Shown: one piece after another, positions 1-8,801 of the stretch
How the letters are laid out: every line of letters starts with the position of its first letter
Position numbering within the stretch: the first letter of the stretch is position 1
Source of the DNA: an uncultured bacterium
GTDB taxonomy: Bacteria; Verrucomicrobiota; Verrucomicrobiia; Limisphaerales; UBA8199
DNA length: 64,000 nucleotides
Assembly (NCBI GenBank): GCA_963749495.1
Contig: CAVVMW010000021.1
Span: forward strand, 800,001 to 864,000
Direction: 5' to 3'
The notes under the pieces: model-generated
What the model was told of the DNA's origin: nothing
Database searches by the model: none
The model's input: the letters and a program-made list of their open reading frames with translations, nothing else
Program-made: the position numbers and the translations under genes

Positions 1-450
1 TAGTTTGCCAGTTTGAGTGTCAAGCCAGGTTTGTTGCCCCACTCGTTCTAAGTTGTCTATATGGCGTTCGATGAATTCTATCGGAAAGCCGATTCCCTCA
101 CGCAATGATGAGAACTCTAACGTGTGTTCCTGGGCAACGCTTCCGCCGGACTTTAATTCAAATTGCAGGACTGTCGCAGGCTCCCCCTTCTCACCGTCAC
201 TCCTCGAACCAACCTTCTTTGTCACTGAAATTTCTCTGCCGTTTTCCATCATGATGGAGAACCTCTCAAAAACCACCCGTCGCAACCTGGCGAAATGGTT
301 GCCCACCAAGCTCTGGATCAGCAAAAGAAGCGCTGTTTTGCCGTAACCGTTAGGACCATGAATAATAGTGATTTTGTCCTTAAGATTAAGTGGGATGACA
401 TGGTTGAAAATCCCAAAAAGGTTCACGACTTGAATCTTTGTTAAGCGCAT
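1..450 (-). CDS. AAA/ABC-type ATPase (AAA_15/AAA_21-like), runs off window edge
   Basis: Manual translation from ATG 450: MRLTKIQVVNLFGIFNHVIPLNLKDKITIIHGPNGYGKT (Walker A); AT-rich; absent from ORF track because it is truncated. Confidence 0.8.
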   Translation of the reverse strand, partial: MRLTKIQVVNLFGIFNHVIPLNLKDKITIIHGPNGYGKTALLLLIQSLVGNHFARLRRVVFERFSIMMENGREISVTKKVGSRSDGEKGEPATVLQFELKSGGSVAQEHTLEFSSLREGIGFPIEFIERHIDNLERVGQQTWLDTQTGKL

Positions 451-519
451 GTTCGTTTGTTAAGCAGCATAAACACTTGTCTGGGACGCGTCACGCTCAA
501 TCGCGCGTTGGGGAAGTCC

Positions 520-616
520 GCGGTTGGGCGACATGCCGGGTGACCGCTGGAAATCGCTAGGCGTGACCGATAAGCAGGTTGCCGAAAAGAAGGCGCGTGA
601 ATTCATCCAGGAGGAG
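520..616 (+). pseudogene. Tyrosine integrase N-terminal remnant
   Basis: Reads RLGDMPGDRWKSLGVTDKQVAEKKAREFIQEE, resembling the SLxxTDKQVAEK arm region of island integrases; no catalytic domain follows. Confidence 0.5.
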
Positions 617-715
617 GTCCCCTTGGGTGCGTGAGCGCTCCGGCGTTAGGCATTCTGCCGCAACAAGTTGGCCACGCCGGTGCCACGTGGGGCACCGTGG
701 GGCCACGAGGCGAGA

Positions 716-930
716 TCACCTTGCCAAGGTGACGCTCTACCAGACTGGGAGGGGTCAGAACAAGGTCTTTCCACAATTTTCCGGCGCTGTGGCCGGCCCA
801 GGGTTTTCCCTGGCCACTCCGGCCGGACACCGGTCTCTTCCCCCCTCGGCTTCAGCGCCTGCACCTCCGGTGCCGGGATATGCCCCCGAAACGCCTCCGC
901 GAAGTCCTCCTTCACGTGCCCCCGGCCCAC
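716..930. repeat. 215-bp direct repeat copy 1, containing tRNA-Gly D-arm/anticodon fragment (att-like)
   Basis: Near-identical to 2500-2714; minus strand contains TGGTAGAGCGTCACCTTGGCAAGGTG. Confidence 0.9.
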
Positions 931-931
931 C

Positions 932-1076
932 GGGCGCATTCGCGAGTGCTTGGTGGAGCGCCGACTTGCAGTCGGCTTTGCGCGTATCCCGTTTCCGAAT
1001 TCGTTGCTCTTGGTCCGGTCTAAGCCGACTGCAAGTCGGCGCTCCGCCTCGGCACCAAGCACTCGCGAATGCGCCC
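932..1076. mobile_element. MITE-like element with 24-bp TIRs enclosing a REP hairpin
   Basis: GGGCGCATTCGCGAGTGCTTGGTG ... CACCAAGCACTCGCGAATGCGCCC; inner perfect IR 955-978/1022-1045. Confidence 0.75.
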
Positions 1077-1168
1077 CCTGAACAGGCTTGAACATCGTTG
1101 AATTTGTTACGCGAGAACGTTATGCCGAAGGAGTGGTGACTCTGTAAGTCGTTGAATCCCAGTCAGTC

Positions 1169-1390
1169 TCAAGGCGTAACCCCCAAGGCTGGTTTCTCGA
1201 ATTTCACACCCTTGCGGAGGGCGTGGTCAACCATTTCTGCGACGTAGCGGCGGCGTTCCGCAAGCGGCAGGAAGTTGACCCTGGCCATTTCCTCGCCGAA
1301 GGCGCGGACATGGAATTCGTACGCCACGCGGTGGAGGTGATCCAAAACGTCGGCCGCAAGCCAGTCGGGCGTTGTCTTTACGTCACTCAT
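1169..1390 (-). CDS. Small hypothetical protein coupled to upstream nucleotidyltransferase-like gene
   Basis: 73 aa ORF, ATGA overlap with 1387-2310. Confidence 0.7.
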   Translation of the reverse strand: MSDVKTTPDWLAADVLDHLHRVAYEFHVRAFGEEMARVNFLPLAERRRYVAEMVDHALRKGVKFEKPALGVTP

Positions 1391-2310
1391 TGCGCCAAGA
1401 GGTTAAAGCAATCCACGGCATCTGGCAACCAACGGAGTGCTCCAGGCGGAAGAAAGCGGGCTGCCTGGGCTTGGGCTTCGTCAATCAGCCGTTCGATTCC
1501 GTACTGGCGCAAAGGACTAACCGGCAACAACGGCTCGGCATGTTTGAGACGAACCCGATGCTGCACCGCAAGGGATGAGGCGCTGGAGCGATGGTCCCTT
1601 TTGACGGCCAGCATATAGGGCCGCACGGCGCGTTCATAGACTTTCACGCGAAGTTGGTCGAGCCGGTTCCAGAACTCGATTTCGCCTTTCAGCGCTAATT
1701 CCAGGCGCTCGTCCGCCTCCGCCAACAGGGCCAGTGCCGGACGCAAGGCGATCATCGCCGCCGGGCAGCGCAGCTTTCTCGCCGTCTGAACCAGCACGTC
1801 GTAGTTGAAGAGGTGCAGCCAACCACGCGGGTCGCCAGCTTCAAGGAGTTTGACCCCTAAGGCCGTAGCGAAGGGCCAATCCTTTTCGCGATTCGTGCGT
1901 TTCATTTCCGCCACGGTGTGCAGGCCGGCGTAGAAGCCCTGGAGTTCCGCTTCCCAGGGAGAACTGCCCCGCGGCGCAACTCCGAAAATGTCAAGATACG
2001 CCTCCACGCCGGGCGTGTCCCAGACAAAATGACTGGTCCAGCCGCCGCGCAGCCAGCGCGAATCAAGCGGTGGGGTGAGATGGCCCCGATAGCTGGGCGT
2101 CTGGCCGCCCAGACTGGCCTCGCCGAGCAGCTTGAAAAACTCACCGGCGGCATCCGGAGCGCAGAGCAGATCGCAATCCTTCGTCGCTTGAGCCACGCCA
2201 AAAGCCACACAGGCCATGCCGCTGGTAATCGCACAGGTTATCCCACGACCGCGGGCGCGGGAGACCAACCCTTCGTAGAATTGTTCTAATTCAGCGTAGC
2301 TCAACGGCAC
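1387..2310 (-). CDS. Nucleotidyltransferase-fold protein with C-terminal extension
   Basis: ITSGMACVAFGVAQATKDCDLL matches the GxA...TxDxD motif; later MKRTNREKD. Confidence 0.7.
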   Translation of the reverse strand: MPLSYAELEQFYEGLVSRARGRGITCAITSGMACVAFGVAQATKDCDLLCAPDAAGEFFKLLGEASLGGQTPSYRGHLTPPLDSRWLRGGWTSHFVWDTPGVEAYLDIFGVAPRGSSPWEAELQGFYAGLHTVAEMKRTNREKDWPFATALGVKLLEAGDPRGWLHLFNYDVLVQTARKLRCPAAMIALRPALALLAEADERLELALKGEIEFWNRLDQLRVKVYERAVRPYMLAVKRDHRSSASSLAVQHRVRLKHAEPLLPVSPLRQYGIERLIDEAQAQAARFLPPGALRWLPDAVDCFNLLAQ

Positions 2311-2466
2311 GGCCTAGCTTTACCGTGCCAGGCCCCCCAAGTCGAGTGTCAAAGGGAGCTTCTTCCGCGGCGAACGTTCGTCCGCAGGGCCTCTGGTGTT
2401 TCCAGGGAAAGCTTCGGGGTCTGCTGCACTTTTACCGCAGAGCCTCGTAACTCCTTGACAATCAAC

Positions 2467-2518
2467 TGGAGCGGGTGAAGCGAGTCGAACCCTCGACATT
2501 CACCTTGGCAAGGTGACG
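2467..2518 (-). tRNA. tRNA-Gly(GCC) 3' fragment (att site), not a complete tRNA
   Basis: Minus strand CGTCACCTTGCCAAGGTGAATGTCGAGGGTTCGACTCGCTTCACCCGCTCCA: anticodon arm, T arm and CCA; 5' acceptor strand absent. Confidence 0.85.
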
Positions 2519-2714
2519 ATCTCCCAGTCTCGGACGGGGTCAGAACAAAGTCTTTCCACAATTTTCCGGCGCTGTGGCCGGCCCAGGTTTTTCCCTGTCC
2601 ACTCCGGCCGGACACCGGCGTCTCCCCCCTCGGCTTGAGCGCCTGCACCTGCGGTGCCGGGATATGCCGCCGAAACGCCTCCGCGAAATCCTCGTTCACG
2701 TGCCCCCGGGCCAC
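2500..2714. repeat. 215-bp direct repeat copy 2
   Basis: Aligns with 716-930 over the same length. Confidence 0.9.
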
Positions 2715-2938
2715 GTCCTCCCCAATCCGAAGCTCGATTTTACCGAACTGGTCTCGACTTCCACCGTGTCAAACAAAAACAGCGCCTGCAAAAATCCCCC
2801 GGTTTTACCGGCGCTGTAGCGCCTGGTTGCGGGTCGTGTTGCGGGTCCGACCTCAAAAATCCCCCGGTTCCATGCGCCTTGTAGCACTGTAGCGGGTCTA
2901 TACCCCTGCCCCGCAGATCACCCGGTCAGGAGAACACC

Positions 2939-3008
2939 CGAGGGACGAGGGGCGAGGGACGAGGGACGAGGGTCGAGGGACGAGGGTCGAGGGTCGAGGG
3001 TCGAGGGG
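2939..3008. repeat. Tandem heptamer repeat (CGAGGGN)x10
   Basis: Directly visible. Confidence 0.9.
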
Positions 3009-3053
3009 CCTTGCGCGCTCCGCAGTCTCCATGCCAATCGAGAGAAGATAGAG

Positions 3054-3119
3054 AACCACGGAACACACGGAATGCACGGAAAGGGGCCTATTTCCGTGTG
3101 TTCCGTGTGTTCCGTGGTT
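3054..3119. repeat. Inverted repeat built of CACGGAA units
   Basis: AACCACGGAACACACGGAATGCACGGAAA ... TTTCCGTGTGTTCCGTGTGTTCCGTGGTT. Confidence 0.85.
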
Positions 3120-3268
3120 AAAAAAAACGCTTAGGCGAGGGTTTGGGGGGACAGAACGGGGTTGACACATAGGCCGGGAGTATTGTGATCTGCTGGACGA
3201 TGTTCATTTGCGAATGCGCTAAGGTTGCCCACTCACGGGCGGCCTGCCGGCGGGAATAGGAAAACGCC

Positions 3269-4162
3269 ATGCCACTGGTTTCGATGAGCGGATTGCTCGC
3301 GGACGCCCGGGCCGGCGGGTACGCCGTCTGTTATTGCGAGTCCTGGAACCTCGAGTCGCTGCAGGCGGTGGTGGAAGGGGCCGAGGCCATGAGTTCGCCG
3401 GTCATCGCCGGCTTCAATGGCGGCTTCTTGCGGCATCCGTCCCGGGCCCGGCCGGAACGGTTGGCGTATTATGGCGCCCTGTCTGCCGCGCTGGCGGCCA
3501 GCGCGGTTCCGACGGCTTTCATATTAAACGAAACGGACGACCTGGCTCAGATGCAGGAAGGGCTGGAACAGGGCTTCAACGCCGTCATGGTGGAGAGCGA
3601 CCTGCTGGCGCCCGGGGAGTACGTTGATCTGGTCAAAAAGGTCGTGCGGATGGCCCACGCCCGGTCCGCGTCGGTGGAGGCCCAGGTCGGGCGCTTGCCG
3701 CACGGTTGCGGCGGCGGCCCCGGCCATGGGGAAGCGACCAACCCTGGGGTGGCACGGGCGTTCGTGGAGAAGACCGGTATCAATGCGCTGGGTGTCTCCA
3801 TCGGCAACACGCACATTCTCACCCGGGGCAAGGCGCCCATCGATGTCGAATTGCTGGCGAGAATTCGGGAACAGGTGGACGTGCCGTTGGTGGTGCACGG
3901 CGGGACGGGTTTCCCGGCGGCGTGTGCCGCGCAGGTCATTCGTCTGGGGGTGGCGAAGTTCAACTTTGGCACCAACCTCAAGCAGGCTTACCTGGCCGCC
4001 CTGCGGGAGAAGTTGGCGCCCTACACTGAACCGATGAACCCGCATTTGTTCCTTGGGATGGGCGGCCAGGAAGACATCCTGGTCGCGGCCCGCATGGCCG
4101 TTAAGCAGCGAGTTCAGGAGTTGATTGAGACTTATTCCAAATCGCGTTCAAGATGTGACTAA
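3269..4162 (+). CDS. Class II fructose/tagatose-bisphosphate aldolase family
   Basis: VEAQVG, LGVSIGNTH, PLVVHGGTG, KFNFGT motifs. Confidence 0.9.
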   Translation: MPLVSMSGLLADARAGGYAVCYCESWNLESLQAVVEGAEAMSSPVIAGFNGGFLRHPSRARPERLAYYGALSAALAASAVPTAFILNETDDLAQMQEGLEQGFNAVMVESDLLAPGEYVDLVKKVVRMAHARSASVEAQVGRLPHGCGGGPGHGEATNPGVARAFVEKTGINALGVSIGNTHILTRGKAPIDVELLARIREQVDVPLVVHGGTGFPAACAAQVIRLGVAKFNFGTNLKQAYLAALREKLAPYTEPMNPHLFLGMGGQEDILVAARMAVKQRVQELIETYSKSRSRCD

Positions 4163-4272
4163 TTCGCTTGTCTTTTGGCCCTCTGGCTTCGTTGCTCGCT
4201 CGTTGCAGATCGCTGCGGATATGCGCCTCGCTCGCGCCTCGCCAGAGGGCCAAAATCCGGCGCGCCTTAGTC
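4157..4272. repeat. REP/MITE-like palindromic element overlapping aldolase stop
   Basis: GACTAA...TTAGTC ends; inner TTTTGGCCCTCTGGC / GCCAGAGGGCCAAAA IR. Confidence 0.7.
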
Positions 4273-4387
4273 TCATCTTGAACGCTCATTGGAATTACGG
4301 TTTTGCCGGCGCGCGGTTGCGGCCTGGGGCGCCCCCCAGGAAACCCGGAACGTCGAATTAACGTCAGAGAATATGGAACGTCAAACG

Positions 4388-7213
4388 ATGATGACCAAGG
4401 CATTGCTCAGGCGTGTCGCATTAGCCTGGATATTTCACGCGCTCTTTGTAGCGCAGACTTCCAAGTCTGCTGTATCGCGGGTTTCCAAACCCGCCGGGCG
4501 CCCGAGCCGGGGGACACCCTGCCGACTTGGAAGTCGGCGACACAGCAGGCTTGGAAGCCTGCGCTACCGGTTCGCCGTCGGTCGTGGCCAGGCAACTCGT
4601 GGAATATGCGGTTTAGTGCTGGCGGTGGCGCTCGCCGCGGCGGGGGGAGCTTTGGGCGCGGAAATCGCCAACGCTCCGCCGGGGACGGAGGCCAAGCCCA
4701 CGTTTTGGCTGGTTCCCCACACGCATTGGGAGGGGGCGGTTTTCAAGACCCGGGAAGAGTATTTGGAGATGGGGTTGCCCCACATTCTGACAGCGGTGCG
4801 GTTGTTGAAAGAGCACCCGAATTACCGGTTCGCGCTCGACCAGGCGGCCTATTTCCGGCCGTTCCTGGAGCGGTATCCGGAGGAAGCCGACGCGTTTCGG
4901 CGGTTTGTCGCAGAGGGCCGGCTGCAGATCGTCTGCGGCCTGGACGTGATGCCGGACGACAATATGCCCGGGGGCGAGGCGTTCGTGCGCCAGATTCTCT
5001 ACGCCAAGGGCTACTGCCGGGAGGCGCTGGGCGTCGAGGTCACGGTCGGTTGGCTGCTCGATACGTTCGGCCATCACGCCCAGATGCCCCAAGTGCTGCG
5101 GTTGGCCGGCTATAATTCCTTCTGGTTCGCCCGCGGTGTTGCCGACCGCAGCAAGATGCCCTCCGAGTTCGACTGGCAGGGCCTGGACGGCACGCGCATT
5201 CCGGCCTTCTGGCTGCCCCATTCCTACGGGTATCTCTACGGCCCGCCGCAGGATCTGCCGCATTTCACCACGTTCATGAAGGAGCATTGGGACGGCCTGG
5301 CCCCGTTCTCGAGCGGCGGCGACCGCGTGGGCCTGGCCGGCGTCGATGTTTCCGAGCCCGAAATCTATGTGCCCGACCTGGTCGAGCAATTCAACCGGCA
5401 GCCCAACCTCCCGTTCACCTTGCGCCTGGGCGTGCCGACAGACTTTGAGGCCACGGTGGCGCAAAGGAAGGAAAAGCCGGTCATCACCGGCGAGCGCAAT
5501 CCGCTCTTTCAGGGCATTTACAGCAGCCGCATCGAACTCAAGCAGCGGATGCGCGAGATCGAGCAGTTGTTGGCGAGCGCCGAGAAACTCGGGGCACTGG
5601 CCAATTGGCTGGGCACGCCCACGGACAGCGACCAGACCTGGCGCGCCTGGGAACCGGCCTTGTTCAACGTGACTCACGATCTGGCCTCCGGCGTGATGAC
5701 CGACCTTGTCTATGCGGACACCGTGCGCAGCTACGACTTCTCCCAGCGCCTGGCTGAGGAACTGATCGAGGCGCGGTTGGGCGCCGTCCTGTCACGGGTC
5801 AACACGCGCGGCACGGGCGTCCCGCTAGCCGTGTTCAACACCCTGGGCTGGGAGCGCACCGACGCCGCCCAGGGGGACGTGGGTTTCGCGGAAGGCGGCG
5901 TCGCGGATTTCGAGTTGTTCGACGCGGCGGGCCAGGCGGTGCCGGCCCAATTGTTGGAGGCGGAACACTTCGAAGACGGCGGGTTGCGGCGCGTCAAATT
6001 TGCGTTTGTGGCCCGGGCCGTCCCGGCCCTGGGCTATTCGGTCTATCACGTTGTGTCCCGCAAATCCACCGGCCAAGCCCGGACCACGGCCCTCGAGACC
6101 AACGGGATGGTCGCGCTGGAGAACGATAATTATGAGGTAAAAGTCGATTTGACGACCGGCGCCTTGACCAGCTTGCGGGTCAAACCGGGCGATTGGGAGG
6201 CCCTGGCAGGGCCCGCCAATGTCGTGGCGCGCGAGACGGACAATGGCGATTTCTGGGAACTTTACCATAACCTCGACGGTGGCCAGAACGTCATGATGAC
6301 CCGCCCTCTGAACGTGCCCCAACCCGGCCAGGCCCGCTTCAGCACCGAGGAAGCGGCCAAGTCCGGCAGCGTGCGGCGGGGACCGGTATTTTCTGAAATT
6401 GAGGTGAGCCATCCGTTTGGGGCGAACACCATTGCAACCCGGGTGCGGCTTTACCAGGGGCTTCGCCGCCTGGACTTCGAGACGCGAATCCTGAACCAGG
6501 ACAAGTTCGTTCGCTACCGGGTCCTGGTGCCGACGACCCTCAAGGGCGGGCGCAACTTCCAGGAAATTCCTTTCGGCGCCCTCGAACGGCCCCAGGCGCA
6601 GGAGTTCCCGGCGCAGAATTGGATCGACTGCGGCGACGGCGAGCGCGGGGTCGCCCTGTTGAATCGCGGCCTGCCGGGAAACAATGTCGCCGAAGGCACG
6701 TTGATGCTCTCGTTGCTCCGCTCTTCGCGCATCCAGTCCTACGGCATCGGCGGCGGTTTCGAAGGCCAGGGGAGCGATTCCGGCCTGGAGTTGGGCAAGC
6801 AATTGACCTTCCGCTATGCCCTGGTTGCGCACGCGGGCGACTGGCGCGCCGCGGCGGTGTGGCGGGCGGGCCTCGAGTTCAACCACCCGCTCCTGGTGCG
6901 CAAGGCCGCAGCACACCCCGGCAGCCTGCCCGCGCGATGGGGTTGGCTGGAGGTGTCTCCCGCAAACGTGGCGCTGAGTGCGCTCAAACCGGCCAAGGAC
7001 GGCGCCACCGTGCTCCGTGTTTATGAGACGGCCGGGCGAGCCACCCCGGGAGTCATGATTAAGCTGCAGGCAAGAGTCCTGGCCGCCAACGAAGCCAATC
7101 TCATGGAGGACGCCGGCGCGAGGATGGCGGTGGCCAAAGACGCGGTCCAATTTGACCTGCACCCGTTCGAGATAAAGACCATCAAACTCCGGCTCCAGAC
7201 CCCGGACCGGTGA
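4388..7213 (+). CDS. GH38 alpha-mannosidase-like glycoside hydrolase, signal peptide interrupted in frame by a MITE
   Basis: PHTHWE, GWLLDTFGH, EFDWQGLDG, HD, LSLLRS, PFEIKTI motifs; start uncertain (4373/4388/4391). Confidence 0.9.
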   Translation: MMTKALLRRVALAWIFHALFVAQTSKSAVSRVSKPAGRPSRGTPCRLGSRRHSRLGSLRYRFAVGRGQATRGICGLVLAVALAAAGGALGAEIANAPPGTEAKPTFWLVPHTHWEGAVFKTREEYLEMGLPHILTAVRLLKEHPNYRFALDQAAYFRPFLERYPEEADAFRRFVAEGRLQIVCGLDVMPDDNMPGGEAFVRQILYAKGYCREALGVEVTVGWLLDTFGHHAQMPQVLRLAGYNSFWFARGVADRSKMPSEFDWQGLDGTRIPAFWLPHSYGYLYGPPQDLPHFTTFMKEHWDGLAPFSSGGDRVGLAGVDVSEPEIYVPDLVEQFNRQPNLPFTLRLGVPTDFEATVAQRKEKPVITGERNPLFQGIYSSRIELKQRMREIEQLLASAEKLGALANWLGTPTDSDQTWRAWEPALFNVTHDLASGVMTDLVYADTVRSYDFSQRLAEELIEARLGAVLSRVNTRGTGVPLAVFNTLGWERTDAAQGDVGFAEGGVADFELFDAAGQAVPAQLLEAEHFEDGGLRRVKFAFVARAVPALGYSVYHVVSRKSTGQARTTALETNGMVALENDNYEVKVDLTTGALTSLRVKPGDWEALAGPANVVARETDNGDFWELYHNLDGGQNVMMTRPLNVPQPGQARFSTEEAAKSGSVRRGPVFSEIEVSHPFGANTIATRVRLYQGLRRLDFETRILNQDKFVRYRVLVPTTLKGGRNFQEIPFGALERPQAQEFPAQNWIDCGDGERGVALLNRGLPGNNVAEGTLMLSLLRSSRIQSYGIGGGFEGQGSDSGLELGKQLTFRYALVAHAGDWRAAAVWRAGLEFNHPLLVRKAAAHPGSLPARWGWLEVSPANVALSALKPAKDGATVLRVYETAGRATPGVMIKLQARVLAANEANLMEDAGARMAVAKDAVQFDLHPFEIKTIKLRLQTPDR
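4421..4616. mobile_element. 192-bp in-frame MITE with TTAG target duplication and internal REP
   Basis: TTAG at 4421 and 4613; imperfect TIR CCTGGATATTTCACG / CGTGGAATATGCGGT; inner GTAGCGCAG...CTGCGCTAC 4448-4567. Confidence 0.8.
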
Positions 7214-7268
7214 AGACCTCTCTTCAAGTCCTGCCTGACGCCCCCGCCCGGAAAGACCCTGACACACG

Positions 7269-7658
7269 ATGAAGGTCCAAATGAAAATGCCGGACTTGGC
7301 GACGACCGGTTCGGACATCCGCCTGGTTCGCTGGTTGGCCCAGCCCGGCGAGGCGGTCAAGCGCGGCCAGCCTTTGCTCGAAATTGAAACCGACAAGGCC
7401 GTCTCGACCGTCGAGTCGAGCATCGCCGGCGTGCTCACGGAAGTCAGCATCCGCCCCGACGCGCTGGTCTCCGCCGGCCAGGTGATCGCTCTCTTCGAGA
7501 TGGCGGGCGCCATGCCCGCGGTCGGCGCGCCCCCCACTGCGCTGGCGCCTCCGGCCACGCCGGCGGCCGCTCCGCGGTCTGTCCCGACGCCCGCCCCGTT
7601 ACCCGAGCCCAGACCGTCCGCCCAAACCCCTGCGGCGCCGGCTCTCGATCCATCCTGA
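7269..7658 (+). CDS. Lipoyl-domain protein with Pro/Ala linker (possibly N-terminus of a split lipoyl-E1 alpha fusion)
   Basis: EIETDKA lipoyl-lysine motif; stop codon lies inside the MITE at 7646-7819. Confidence 0.85.
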   Translation: MKVQMKMPDLATTGSDIRLVRWLAQPGEAVKRGQPLLEIETDKAVSTVESSIAGVLTEVSIRPDALVSAGQVIALFEMAGAMPAVGAPPTALAPPATPAAAPRSVPTPAPLPEPRPSAQTPAAPALDPS

Positions 7659-7819
7659 AACTGCCCCCACCCTCGGGGGCTGGACCGGAGTGCGCCCGTC
7701 CCCGGGCGCAGCGACGTCCGGAGCCAGGGCAGCGGTCGAACACTCCAGCGCGCCTGCCCGCTCCGTCGCTGCTGCGCCCGGGGACGGGCGCACTCCGGGG
7801 GCGGTGTCTGGCTGCGCCC
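7646..7819. mobile_element. MITE/REP element copy 1 (about 174 bp)
   Basis: Near-identical to 50081-50254; inner IR GGAGTGCGCCCGTCCCCGGGCGCAGC. Confidence 0.85.
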
Positions 7820-8781
7820 CTCCCACCCAGGACCGGTCCTTCCTGCTCTCCCTCTTTGAGCGCATGGTGCTCATTCGCCAATTCGAGGAGCGAGTGAAGT
7901 TCCTTTTCCTCGAGGGCACGATGCCCGGGACGATTCATCAGTGCCAGGGACAGGAGGCGACGGCCGTGGGCGTGTGCGCGGCGCTGGAAAGAGGCGATTG
8001 GATCACCTCGACGTTCCGCGGCCACGGCCATGCGCTGGCCAAGGGCCTGACGCCCCAGGAGTTGCTCGACGAGTTGTTCGGCGCGCGCACGGGCTGCTGC
8101 CGGGGCAAGGGCGGCTCGATGCATGTCGGCAACCCGGACAAAGGGATGCTCCCGGGCATCGCCATCGTCGCCGGGGGCATCCCACTGGCCGCCGGCATGG
8201 CGCTGGCCTTCCGCATGCAGAAGAGTTCGCAAGTCGTCGCTTGTTTCTTCGGCGACGGCGCGGTGGCGGAGGGCGCGTTCCACGAAGGGGTCAACCTGGC
8301 GGCGCTGTGGAAGTTGCCCGCCATTTTCGTGTGTGAGAACAACCTCTACGGTGCCTCGACCCACATCAGCAAAGTCATGCGCAACACACGGATTGCCGAC
8401 CGTGCCGCCGGCTACGGATTTCGCGGGGAAACCGTCGATGGCAACGACGTGCTCGCCGTCTATGATGCCGCCCGGCGGGCCGCGGCGGACGGGCGCGCCG
8501 GGCGCGGGCCGGTGTTGCTGGAGTTGCTCACCTATCGCCGCACCGGCCATTCGCGCCGCGACCCATGCCATTACCAACCCAAAGAGGAACGCGAGGCCTG
8601 GTTCAGCCGGGACCCGATCCAGCGCTTCGCGGCCCGGCTGCAGGAGCGCGGGGATGTCTCGGCGGCCGACCTCGAGGCGGTCAACACCCGGGTCGAGGCC
8701 CGGATCGAGGAGGCCGTTGCGAAGTCCCAGCTTGCCCCGCAGCCAACGCTCTCGGATTTGGAGACGGATGTCCTGGCCTGA
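7690..8781 (+). CDS. ThDP-dependent dehydrogenase E1 alpha subunit (PDH/acetoin type)
   Basis: GQEA, GKGGSMH, GDGA...ENN, YRxxGHS motifs; first ~43 codons are MITE-derived so true start is uncertain. Confidence 0.9.
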   Translation: MRPSPGAATSGARAAVEHSSAPARSVAAAPGDGRTPGAVSGCAPPTQDRSFLLSLFERMVLIRQFEERVKFLFLEGTMPGTIHQCQGQEATAVGVCAALERGDWITSTFRGHGHALAKGLTPQELLDELFGARTGCCRGKGGSMHVGNPDKGMLPGIAIVAGGIPLAAGMALAFRMQKSSQVVACFFGDGAVAEGAFHEGVNLAALWKLPAIFVCENNLYGASTHISKVMRNTRIADRAAGYGFRGETVDGNDVLAVYDAARRAAADGRAGRGPVLLELLTYRRTGHSRRDPCHYQPKEEREAWFSRDPIQRFAARLQERGDVSAADLEAVNTRVEARIEEAVAKSQLAPQPTLSDLETDVLA

Positions 8782-8801
8782 CAGAAAGGAGAATTGAAGC
8801 T

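Noticed and set aside
716..930. Structured ncRNA, tmRNA or intron in the 215-bp repeat
   Set aside because: No recognisable conserved core; better explained as an att junction, though an Rfam scan was not possible
2467..2540. Complete tRNA-Gly gene
   Set aside because: The 5' acceptor strand and D arm are missing or degenerate; treated as an att fragment
2939..3119. Short tandem and inverted repeats as a CRISPR array
   Set aside because: Units are 7-9 bp with no unique spacers, and there are no cas genes
5825..7558. Long antisense/alternative-frame ORFs (also 14764-16611, 36041-37870, 48052-49254)
   Set aside because: Shadow ORFs of high-GC genes with no motifs
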